A DNA stretch of 60,695 nt from the IMG/VR virus record IMGVR_UViG_3300032047_000012, positions 1-60,695 of that record; one strand, 5' to 3'. Position numbers and translations under genes: made by a program. This stretch comes from a virus. Lineage: Duplodnaviria; Caudoviricetes. Of this stretch, positions 21,401 through 28,100 are shown one piece after another. The first letter of the stretch is position 1; each line of letters opens with the position of its first letter. The notes beneath the pieces were generated by a model. It did no database searches, was not told the DNA's origin, and saw only the letters and a list, made by a program, of their open reading frames with translations.

Positions 21401-21419
21401 AAAGGTCTTTCGTACTCAT
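9405..21419 (-). CDS. Giant baseplate wedge/adhesin protein (gp7/P2 gpI-like core) with multiple LamG/concanavalin A-like domains
   Basis: 4004-aa ORF. IYNNLSYIYKSKGTEKAFRNLIRCFG resembles the gpI/gp7 motif. At least four LamG signatures (e.g. FSISAWVK...WHFITATYDG...IADTAVFNKALS; FTISMWVN...WYHIAVTYNG). Follows the gp25 and gp6-like genes. Confidence 0.8.
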   Translation of the reverse strand: MSTKDLFKKGNKVLTKSQEAKIKSDLESTELVRDVVRANNKFHSHIDYSKPENFAFYGSAQKYYEDSFNRVYQTYPYDGSLSEKEKWLYDSSELDLWILDNAYPKAAGHVKLGTNQSIVVKGGPNNQPGITEGEKEELSKQYPVKQGNSNIWDTSIYRNSNLYIDGTLGNTIEFWAKLEASVSGDVYPVVVGNENGNRIQVQFNTTTNKVSLVYTDDADVGLSGVSGETTITDLLGTTWAHYAFSFINSGSNIKAEIYKNGTIVGTITSGTNLGTVSQKTTYLLANGTAASTNTVNGLYLDEFRFWKRVRTAEEIGRYWLTNVNGGTNTDDNKYNTENRKVDLGIYYKFNEGITTDAAIDSTVLDYSGRISNGTITNYTTTARATTSAFDESGLFEVAEEKDFIIYSSHPDFISAKKLYMDTGLVYDYNNNSSIYHTLPAWIIEEDEASGENTKELTQVMSSYFDSAQVKIKELVSLKDIEYHTLEERTNKPYSLIRRTLESAGMIVPDLFTEASAFEEILSRGEQEKFEEKLQDVKNTIYQNIYNNLSYIYKSKGTEKAFRNLIRCFGIDDELLKVNMYSDGADYLLEDSRRTTAIKKKFVDFNNADRDQGLVYTKEDPSNASSNSYIRGVGYDRQPNLSFTFETEVIFPKRISSDHPGYDVPTNLEEHIAYLGEYTTSYSANDLFDLKAVKEGSDATSENVKFVLTMDGQTLETQFFKSVYENSKWNLAVRLVPKKSLSGVVSGGSTTDYRAELYCVRMLADVVEDEETVTADVTEASARALLAKDKYVSIGALRSSGDPEHTPAETDTLDNDTRVKISSTLFWYDNVTNEEIRAHASDASNFGRLHPSEEAYSHDAEFATIQVPKRDTLAMHWDFSEVSTTDGSGEFIVNDLSQGNTITESDVNQKSIQFLADGDTIDIADSDDLSFTDGAGTDRPFSISAWVKVGNIATDSGVIISRRDRDGTAPQLGEWLVEHVNGKLKVYLYADKDYNAAEITAFSTTNRLYFNSSVANLTSNNWHFITATYDGSESVSGLKVYKDGTEITTGKTVTNTKYSGMPNYNIVTTIGGTDTPTGNTFDDYIADTAVFNKALSSAEVTEIYNGGKVKDLSKASVYGDIISWWKMGDDLDTTGANGIKDYVGSNNGTLQGTAVVVSETPLSDVEYSGTYGWFTNLVGRQVTGRGKHFTNDDKQIVNREYVHSAKHRPPEVINSEDLIEIRSQDDLTFTKDAQITTHFFAAEKSMYQVISDDMINLFATIVEFNDLIGQPVNRYRMEYKTLEKFRARYFEKVNNVPSLEKYIELYKWIDSSIGLMIQELIPVSSNFSADLRNMVESHVLERNKYWTKFPTLEMPGEPPMGVMRGINELTYSWKDGTPTFASAFINFTSSTASDYDNKFITLIDSNSTTRNFVFDDDNTYTTGQVIFGNNIAVQVNGMSSTTAIAAEFVSAITATTSLAISAISADNSVTLVQDNEGVQGNTTITIEFSGQTPAYDSGSYSSFSGGRDTFLWKDQRVSASDIPTGNSDVDDNREILRKVATRTTEGMVQVVDRGVAPAKNFVEESKPVLRTPAGATYEGRTFANRALSKPYKLNLDIAKSVHGGVNYSAKTKDPNAFIRAATRIIPGNPATVGITPTLATNPVTYEEWKKLYTVKRSVTVTISDTELNLTSTFDGDTIYPYYGYRDRDAGIDTTAVISGHHNDSYGDDAEIPMQGPFTETWVGGNQHRHIHFTEQTPADRPEFYLDDSGILKHPQEVDSNNPAARYTRDEVAKRPVNIRNIKTNTTTNSPLGNYTRDYEVVQTSGRTQNNSFITKLSPERQLGDYDLEGYALFESTDKIDVASDSSLSFTNQNNNDNDDPFTISMWVNFTSPLDALSRLLEKSTEYQLSYSSSYGLTLQLTGGSFAYADASFSPTPGIWYHIAVTYNGDWNALPSSAVKIYINSVESSVSVGTSGVYDEMQAMGNVLRLGYSYEGKMRSTAIYDKVLSQGEVTEIYNQNDFDLSILSSYSNIISWWKLVHDAQDSVLTNHGTPTGIEFTSRFFGSKMNQSPFVVGNEHSGTDPADESTAIIDFVGRRKRSAGFTLPDRGRSEHVIVERFSAPGESLTMTRGYLDAIAEEFSPYSGINNRNSDVRSAYAKRLYTHSGFHEGSQGYESSSPVLPSVHKVNRNAFFRPLDTGCTTDYDNAYVSHQIPRSDLQYAFVTASIDYDKYRTGAADYIHPHHQCASGSIPVMFSGYYDEIHVQKGNEGYDAPYADFQGGGWRFIRNVEKAAVMNQRRTNTYSQLVPASGVGITERTVTSYIEPAVVWNKPNTHHVLNERYDTFIREESGELESPERMEVRRRSIVTNSNPISYSYSNNLEMFSNEMLTRAVDINKTGGEGFSETLMEIFKKAELLFSSSVAREIIFPKHKNVGLGKTRTRTKFDTYKFFWKDKMFDRVKCSNTTKLGYEMTPEFKRLFKQKFSVDVMDSFHFHQTDSTDNEYYKVIGDLTYMGEARMRHMITRKDLDLTDSSHPLNGTSSTGSFLGLEGICEPQATSSDFVPVYFSSEITRNKTAPIPSPQLYHNPYNENYKESEGWINRKPITSGQKANYNDYDSFSEEVKLAAQNYGLVSEFRISEHMDKYILENGGNFRTKNYDFLTLDGASHDGESHTLSSGTSIKETSTFYSLKKEDDSLAIAAYPTSSTDTALVKNNAEGFFGYNPIHSPAGSNFDITNSVNSEVEIFASDVENYISIEPYQDGISAAGKFNLISSVLDYLDITLDNFSNDESTTPGATPQGPNALTFTDLVGGILPDTPDPIAISIWAQPEETYTSTSKCVWSLFDTEGENRVCLFSQYYYSDGESTGSDYRNLGLTFVVTDNTDNGLPGQTVNDDSTVYTFFKSDGSVAFLENGKMNNIILQVVPPETDSIANPNLNFLIKMWLNGEELYGVHIRELEDVNWSGRSTIKGYSPCPIGQWKHGGTKPWFEDYDASEFTDNLQLRNMEHAFVARLGMEASSNRFRGLLDEFTMFRGILPSSSIAAIYNNGVPNNVNELVANGQIVGNGLYETTEIQTTWSPFGSVSIPVPATVDNDEFDVSSDTSTPRAIHVKGSANSPNINLVDFELNYTVAKQQLIEASLSVWHRIGVPSYDKVVTQGQWDEEFFNSYVHTDDINFIEAADAKHDELGLETTKKVRLKVNAIKKLLPYEGFYPQDRTVQLANLFVEKVSPDILHNEKVYKDQAIQAALQHFFAPGILYNSIKAGIACDWVTYTNESGMEPSYFGQTIQVFDTSGNPQTKYLKDATPYWFRLHRADVVDPYTLGSLDPARIGDTIPTGADVVSHLYGQFHQLDFGQKLDTLVTTNSPNKRLPFESLLNPVEYLLDGTNNERYKPDPSVEIYVEKKSNQHFLMNSSYYNSFFETIPSTGNYDEYCYPYFELSGDSAGKKDFRYELAMNNFLSETVKFFIKEEQLSSFSSRPENEFSAMTSGSTYYMDVALRQSKESSVVRSPGSLGGRYFGPPSGYVNTTEDWLFIDPKSGSFEKIEDPAYAPYTPPYFYGESVARIAFTATETKKYTLDEILEQSTVQYENKQAASLFRGKNLSNTSDTGAGSTQDPFDGDFENSAAWTSKMPLDSSINLFGKTKISRQEFDADGSPTAISSANNTELDTWVIYTKFECPLFDFSDSSNASDEGTLDALGINKESKETLSKTTDSGTYDYTSSYLNTQNTERFIKDKRTGSGIWAGYGKQQDGNGVTISIRESFPQGTSDSKNSLIEVCGFTPETKQVGRVADEKEITEAVVMIPFLDKPIRALGSPATVLVDDKNFIKINKLEYREQERKHNINGVIYTNEAGEEIRQTSITNMIEGMKKYNVPPLYDFETFENQDPFVMYFFEFKHTLDREDLSNIWQGVQPKIAKKAMLDSVEIDHEINKHEFFGNMGELPEGIRWMTFKVKRKAEKSYYKMTQDSRDDSRFKFDFEVGTKEPEYGYNYPYDYFTMLEMIQVEVNSEKEVDPRQQYERTGDEE

Positions 21420-22898
21420 TTAGTCCACCCTAAACTTGAAAATCTCTGGCTGTTCTTTCAACTCACCGTTAATGGAGAACATTACCTTGATTCCGTACAT
21501 ATATCCTTTTTCTAAAAGAGACATATCGAAATCGAAGTAGCTTCCCAAAGCGTCGTAAGAAATGAGTGTGTGCTCTTTGTTGGTTCCTGATGTTCCGATT
21601 CCGTATTTGATAACAGTTTCGTCATCTACAAGGCGAATTATCTTGTAATAAGCCTTCTCAACAATTAGGTTTTCCACTTCTTTGCTTGCTACTGTATAAA
21701 TAGTAGGATTCCAATCTTTTGCTCTTGTGTAAAGTCTGAATTTTGCCGTCTCATCTCTTGAATAGGAAGGTTTCATATTTGTGATGTCTATTCTGTAATC
21801 AATCTCGCCTGTGTTAGTGCTAGAACCATTCTGGATAATTTTTATTTCACCTTCATGAACAAGAGTTCTACTCTCAACTGCTGTGTTGCCGTTAGCAGCG
21901 AAATACCACTGGTCATAGATTTTAGTCACAGAAGATTCGTCTAGAATAACATCTACATAGTAAATACCAGTGGACTCATTTGTCGCTTCTATGAACTGGG
22001 CTACTGGATCTAATGTTGCCTGGGTTGTTCTTGCACTATCCGTATAGAACCTTACATACAACTCCTCATCTCCTTCGGGTGGAGTAAGGTTGGACCTTAC
22101 CCCTTCAAAGGAATTATAAAGATAAACTCTTTGAGTATTTTGTGTAGGTGTATTTGTTTTTCTCTTTGCGTAGAATTTTCCTCGGTCGTCTGCAATTCTA
22201 GAAGAACTTCTAGCCTCAATGACTGGTCGCTTGAAAAAGAACTCTGATGAGCGAGAAAAGAACTTCTTTGTGTAAAAGTTGTTTAGTTGCGATCCATCAG
22301 TCAAAGTGGGAGACATCGCAATAAGAAGACCATTATCTACTGTACCAGAGAAGATATCATCAATATACGCTGTAATATCTACTTCAAGGTTCTCGGTTCC
22401 AGTATCAAAGGCTTGGGTTACTATTGGCGTGGCGTCAGTAAAGACTGGTGTCGGGCTTGCTCCTGGGGTTGTCCAAACTGTACCAGTTGCTGAATTAGTC
22501 CAACTTGCGACGTCAATGTCTTTGTAAGACTCCATATCCAATCCATTGCCCTCGACGAAAGCTGCACCGAGGTGGTAAACCTTTAGGTCGTAGTTTCTAG
22601 CAAGAGTGAATGGGTGCTCTGCATTTGTAAGCTTTAGAATAAACTTTGTATCCGCTGGTGCTGAAGTTCCGCCGTAAAAGGTGGTGATGGCTGTTGTATC
22701 AAACTTTATAAGTATTCTTGCTTCTTCTAACTTGTCGGCTGCGTCAGGATTAGCTTTTGCAGTTTGTCCGTGGATAAAAAATACTTCCAGAGAATCAGAC
22801 AGACCCATATTAGAATCGGTTGCACGAGTTGATAAGTTTTCTTTGTATGCGTTGGTGATAGTGGTATCGGCTGTGGCATAAAACTTTTTAATAGACAT
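21420..22898 (-). CDS. Virion structural protein with a DNRLRE/disaggregatase-related-like N-terminal domain
   Basis: 492 aa with an ADTTI...N.G...LE...RILIKFD pattern. Translationally coupled to the baseplate wedge gene. Confidence 0.55.
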   Translation of the reverse strand: MSIKKFYATADTTITNAYKENLSTRATDSNMGLSDSLEVFFIHGQTAKANPDAADKLEEARILIKFDTTAITTFYGGTSAPADTKFILKLTNAEHPFTLARNYDLKVYHLGAAFVEGNGLDMESYKDIDVASWTNSATGTVWTTPGASPTPVFTDATPIVTQAFDTGTENLEVDITAYIDDIFSGTVDNGLLIAMSPTLTDGSQLNNFYTKKFFSRSSEFFFKRPVIEARSSSRIADDRGKFYAKRKTNTPTQNTQRVYLYNSFEGVRSNLTPPEGDEELYVRFYTDSARTTQATLDPVAQFIEATNESTGIYYVDVILDESSVTKIYDQWYFAANGNTAVESRTLVHEGEIKIIQNGSSTNTGEIDYRIDITNMKPSYSRDETAKFRLYTRAKDWNPTIYTVASKEVENLIVEKAYYKIIRLVDDETVIKYGIGTSGTNKEHTLISYDALGSYFDFDMSLLEKGYMYGIKVMFSINGELKEQPEIFKFRVD

Positions 22899-24736
22899 TA
22901 TACAATAACTCCCTTGATATCAAACTCTGGGAATTTGATTTCATAAATAACGTTCTTTGGCATTTCAATATATCTGCCATCGGCGGAGGTCATCGTATTT
23001 AAATTAAACGAAACGTCTGAATATACTCTGCCTCCGTGAGTGCCATTTTTCTTTGTGACCTTGACATCTGTCACGTCTAAAATACCCTCAACATTTCTCA
23101 ACTCTTTGTATACGTCCGTGATAAAGAAAGGTTCGCCGATGTCTGGAAGTCTTGAAAATCTTTCTTGCAACCTTGTGTATGCCGCTTCTAAGACCTCATA
23201 TTTGGTTCTGCCAAGAGAACACACTGCTACAAAGTCAATAGACAGGTTAAGAACTCTTGCGTCAAGAATATCAATAGTGTCGTTTATCATTTTATTTTTC
23301 TGCAACCAAGTTTTCACATTTTGTTTCATCACATCGTTAGAACTTGTAAGCGTACCATTTTGAGCTTCTGAAATAACCAAGAGATTTAAATTTCTTTTTA
23401 GAGAATCATTATCTCTCATGATTCGACATCTTTTAATGGACCCGAACCTCGGCGGCATCTGGTAAACAAAAGATTCATAATCTTGCTGCGTGACCGCTCT
23501 GTTTTGAGTTGCGAAAGTATCTCTTATCCTGTGCCTAAGTTCATCAGTATCTGGAATATCAATATCTCCAAGTATTGGCTGCTCATTGTCAACTTCCAGA
23601 GAATTTATAACTTCTGTTGCCTTTGTTGCATTTAATAAATTATAGTTATTGAATTCCATCTTATAGTCAGAAGCTGAAGTTAGTTGACCTGTTTGCAGAT
23701 TTACATTTTGAATGGTGTTTTTTCTGTAAGTTATTGTCAGTGTTGTGTTAGATGGAGCTACTCCAAATTTATCGCTTTGAATTAATTTCGTAGGGTCGAA
23801 TGAAGTGTCTTGAATATAGTTCTTTCCGTGAATATCCAAAATTGCTGTTTGAGGCTCTGTAATAAGATCATTAGGTATTTCTGAATCTGAACTGGTTCCA
23901 AATACTAATTCTGTCGTTCTAACGTTTCTGTTTTTGGTAAATCTTCTTGGCACGACGAGGGGCTTGAGTATTTCAGATGCCTGATTTCCATCGTTATAAA
24001 CAGATCCGTCGGATGCGGTCGTCTGGGCTCTATTCGTTATTCCCTTATAAACAACATTTTGGCTAAGATAATCGACTTCAAAATATTCATTACCTTCAGA
24101 ATCAATTACTGATAATATTTCCGATATGTCCAAAGACTCTAGAGTTATTTTATTGAATCTCTTATAATTTCCTACCTCGACTATTTCTTCTCTTAATTCG
24201 CCCGACATAATTTCACCATATGTCTTTATTGCATAGTGAGTTGGATTTCCAGTCGCCTCATCCACTCTTGCAACTCTAGTCGTAGCGTTTAAGTTCCCAA
24301 AATGTACGTCCTGGTTTAGTAGAAAAGCTGCACCTGTCGTAGACGCCAATGATGCGCCTTGCTTGAGAATTGGTACGTAACTCATATCTGGTCCAATGCC
24401 TGTTGTTGATGCTGGTACCATTACGTAAAGTGCCGCTGTTCCGAAAGAAGATGCTGCGCCTCCGAACTTATAGCCAAGTTGCCGACCTAGTTTAAGAATG
24501 TTACCGTATTCTGTCGCAGTCTCTACAAAAGTCTCGTTGGCTTGATAATCTATATAAAATGATAAGATATCGCCTACGTAGGCAACTGTATCAATTACAA
24601 GAGAGCCAAATGAAGCTTCATTGAAGTCTCTATAAGTATTGGGATAATATCTCTTTATATACTCTATCAGATCTGATTTAATCGTATCAAATTCACGACT
24701 TGTGTATTTTATTGATACTGCTCGCTTTTTACTCAT
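22898..24736 (-). CDS. Baseplate wedge subunit (T4 gp6 / baseplate J-like)
   Basis: YTSREFDTIKSDLIEYIKRYYP...DFNEAS.G...AYVGDILSFYIDYQANE and FATQNRAVTQQDY are hallmark gp6/J motifs. Confidence 0.9.
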   Translation of the reverse strand: MSKKRAVSIKYTSREFDTIKSDLIEYIKRYYPNTYRDFNEASFGSLVIDTVAYVGDILSFYIDYQANETFVETATEYGNILKLGRQLGYKFGGAASSFGTAALYVMVPASTTGIGPDMSYVPILKQGASLASTTGAAFLLNQDVHFGNLNATTRVARVDEATGNPTHYAIKTYGEIMSGELREEIVEVGNYKRFNKITLESLDISEILSVIDSEGNEYFEVDYLSQNVVYKGITNRAQTTASDGSVYNDGNQASEILKPLVVPRRFTKNRNVRTTELVFGTSSDSEIPNDLITEPQTAILDIHGKNYIQDTSFDPTKLIQSDKFGVAPSNTTLTITYRKNTIQNVNLQTGQLTSASDYKMEFNNYNLLNATKATEVINSLEVDNEQPILGDIDIPDTDELRHRIRDTFATQNRAVTQQDYESFVYQMPPRFGSIKRCRIMRDNDSLKRNLNLLVISEAQNGTLTSSNDVMKQNVKTWLQKNKMINDTIDILDARVLNLSIDFVAVCSLGRTKYEVLEAAYTRLQERFSRLPDIGEPFFITDVYKELRNVEGILDVTDVKVTKKNGTHGGRVYSDVSFNLNTMTSADGRYIEMPKNVIYEIKFPEFDIKGVIV

Positions 24737-24758
24737 TATAATCGCTCTCCGCTATAAC

Positions 24759-25136
24759 CTAATTAGTCTCAATCTCTATTTCCAGTGAAGTAAAAAGGTC
24801 GAATGGGATAATACGGAAGTCCATATTGATACCAAGCGAGTTATCACCTTGGGGTGAACTGAAGTTGACCTGTTGTACTTCTACAAACGGCATATAAAAT
24901 TCTACCTGTTCTCTAATCCTTGTTTCTATTTCGGAATAAGTGGAGTTTGTGTTATTTTCGAACAAGTAATTTCTCAATCCAATGCCAAACTCGGGCTCCA
25001 TAATTCTCTCTCCAGGTGCCGTCAATAACAACATTTTGAGATTCTGCTTTACGAGATCGATATAATCTTTATTAAGAACATATCCATCTTGTGGGTCTTT
25101 TGTAAGTGGTAATTTTGGTGATAAGCCTTTAGACAT
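24759..25136 (-). CDS. Baseplate wedge protein, gp25/GPW family
   Basis: VKQNLKMLLLTAPGERIMEPEFGIGLRNYLFE is the gp25 signature. 125 aa, adjacent to the gp6-like gene. Confidence 0.92.
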   Translation of the reverse strand: MSKGLSPKLPLTKDPQDGYVLNKDYIDLVKQNLKMLLLTAPGERIMEPEFGIGLRNYLFENNTNSTYSEIETRIREQVEFYMPFVEVQQVNFSSPQGDNSLGINMDFRIIPFDLFTSLEIEIETN

Positions 25137-25190
25137 TTCATTTTCCTCATCTATAAATAGAGTTTATGTTTTTTTATCCTCTATAAACGA

Positions 25191-28100
25191 TTAAAGCTCG
25201 TCGTATCTTATTCGGGAGATATTAAGATTCATCTTAATCCTGTCCTCTTCGACTTTCAACGTGGACCACTGTACAGCAGGAGTGGGGAGTAGTCTTTCTG
25301 GGCTTCTGCCTCCGTTATCGAAGTCTCTTTTACCAACAACCGTATAATTTGAGCGATTGTCGGTAAACTCTCTCAAAGATGCCCTTGTGCTAGAAAGCTC
25401 GTCTTCGAGTCGAAAGATTTGTGTACTCAAGTCTTCTTTTGACATTCCTGTGATACTATTATAATATTGCCTTTGTTCTTCTGACAAAGATTCAAGAATT
25501 TCCTGTTGTTGTTCTTCTAGTCGGGTTTGCTGTTGCGCTTGCTCTTCTTGTCGGGCTTGCTCTTCTTGTCGGACTTCATCTATTTCATCAAAGGATTCGC
25601 CGCAATAAGAAGGTAATTTGAGACCTGCACGCCTTAATTGCTCTCTTGCTTCAAAACCTTCGTCAGAGTCTGAGTTTAGCGTAGAGCTTGGCAAAAACAC
25701 GCCCAGACCGAGGGCATGGTAATTCGTTGCCATAGCTGTCAAGGGAGTAAGAAGCGGATTGTAAGCATTTATTGCCGCTGCAATCGCTGATGTAGGTATA
25801 TTTACACAAGCTAGTTTTGAAAGAAAAGACAACCTAGAAGCAAGCTTGACTGCTGGGTCGTTTCTCTCTACATATTTCTTAAATTCTAATAAAGCCGCAT
25901 CTCTTGCCATTCTCAAAGAAAGTGCAAAGAAGCCACCCATACCCTTGAACGGACTACCCCAGCATAATTCATTGTTACCGAAGTTATAAGAAAAATTAGT
26001 ACAAGGAGTGTCGTAAACATTATTGTTAAAGTCGAATAGTTTGGTTAAACCACTAGACCCTCCTACTGAAGATAGGGCTGGATTCTGTTTCTTCCAGTCA
26101 TCCTTCTCTGGGGTTATTGCATAAAATAGAGAGAATAAATTATCCCTGGTCTCTCCGAAAGAGGCTATCGTACTATCCATCCTAGATACAGTTTCCATCT
26201 CGTGAATAGAAAGAACAGAGGTGTAATCCTCTATAGAGAAAAATGTCATAAGCATCGCCTTGGTGACAGAAGCTCTATCGAAAGAGAACTCCTCTGCGAG
26301 AGGTATGATACATTTATGTGAGCCACCTGGCATTGTATATATACCATAAGCTTCTTCCAAATTATCCGATATCGTACCTTTGTCTAAAACTAACGATAAA
26401 AAGTCTTTTCCATCTTTTCTGAAGTAAATGAGAGGGTTTGTGAAATCCCCTTGATGGTTTTTGTAATCTACATATCCCAGGGTGTAAGGATGTAAGCGGG
26501 CGTTGCGAGCGTGGGTCAAAATAGGAACCTCTCCTTCCGAGAAGAGCATTGATGGATTGTTATCATCCTCTATCAATAATGCGTCTAACAAGCCTTCTGA
26601 AATAATTCCATATTCTTCCTTAATTATCTTTCTCATTAGAGAGTCATTTCCGTCGTTTTCTTCTCCGTAAGAAGATTCCATTTGCTCCAAAAAGTCCTCA
26701 AGGTATGTCGGCATATTTCCAGAAAACGGGTCAGGAGAAGTACACTTTTCTGCCTTGGGAGATTTGGAATATTGGTTGAGACTATCACGCATCTTGGCGA
26801 TGATGTAAGAACATTTAAGGTCTGATATTTGACTAGAACGACCTACAAATGTTGTCGTGGTAAGAATGCCAGTTGCCAGAGTTTCTATAATATAATGTCG
26901 GAAAGTCGCTTTTATACAAGCCTTCATCATTGCAGATTCCAAAGGGGAAAGTTTGGAACCATCATCTTCACTATCCATGTCAAGACACATCGCTTCTTGC
27001 ATTCCGTCTTTTACTTCTTCAATAAGTTGTGATAACTTAAGAAGATGGGGGTCGCACTCAGGTGTAGATGTTGGTCCTAAGTTTATAAACTCCAAGGGAT
27101 ACCTTTCATATGGAGTAGAAGTACCCTCGCCAATTATTTGAGGAGAAGACACATATGTTGAGACTTCTAATCTCTTCATCAAGATTTTATAAATTTTTTC
27201 TCTTACTTCTCTGGAGACGGCTTGTGAATAATTGTCAAAAAGACCTCGCCTCCTCCCCTTCTCTTCGGCAGTGAAGTCCCCCAGTTCAAAAGACTTATTA
27301 TAGATTGCCCTAATGCAGGTCTCTGCATTTTTGGGACTTTCTGAACCTATGTTTTCTTCCATAAAAGATACTATATCTGATGTAATTTCTCTTTGACCAA
27401 TGTATTCCTTATCACCAATCTTTACAGAACTTCCGATAATGTTTTGACTCTCGCAATCTCCTGAAATCTCTATATTAAAAGCAATGTCCGCAGTAGGTCG
27501 TTGAGGAGGGTTTGAGACCGATACTTCTTCTACTTTTACCACTGGTTTCGTATTATCTCCGCAATCATTGGATTGGAGTCCATCTGTTTCATAGACATCT
27601 ACCTTTTCCTCTTCTGGTTCTAATATAGGTTCTGGTTTTCTTGTCTTTTCCTGTATTTCACAATAATCAAGTTCAGTTATAGTAATCTTGGATGTAGCGT
27701 TGCTTTGAGACGATTTAATCGTACTTAATATATCCGTCAATTCTTGTAGTGCAGCAGTATTGTTTGTGTCCTGCTGGTTCTGTAGCATTTCCATTGCCCT
27801 ATCTGTACTATTGCCTAGTTGCGTCGGTATATTTATTTCTAACGACTTCGCATCAGATGTTCCAAACGAGGGGTTATTGTAAAATTCTACAAGATGTGGA
27901 ACAGGTCTTCTTTTTGTAACCAAGACGTCGAACTCTAGTGCATCACCTGGTCTTTTGTTTTCAGGGTGTGTAACATCAGCAAATGAAGGGAATGATATCT
28001 TGTAGTATCTCTTTTCCTTTTCTTCCACTTCTGCAAAAAGGTTTTGTGCAAATCTCATACCTTCTTCTGTAAATGAATTGTAAGTGCTTTTAAAAAGTGC

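Noticed and set aside
25530-25575. 18-nt tandem repeat
   Set aside because: It encodes the QEEQAR coiled-coil repeat within the 1851-aa protein; ordinary coding repeat.
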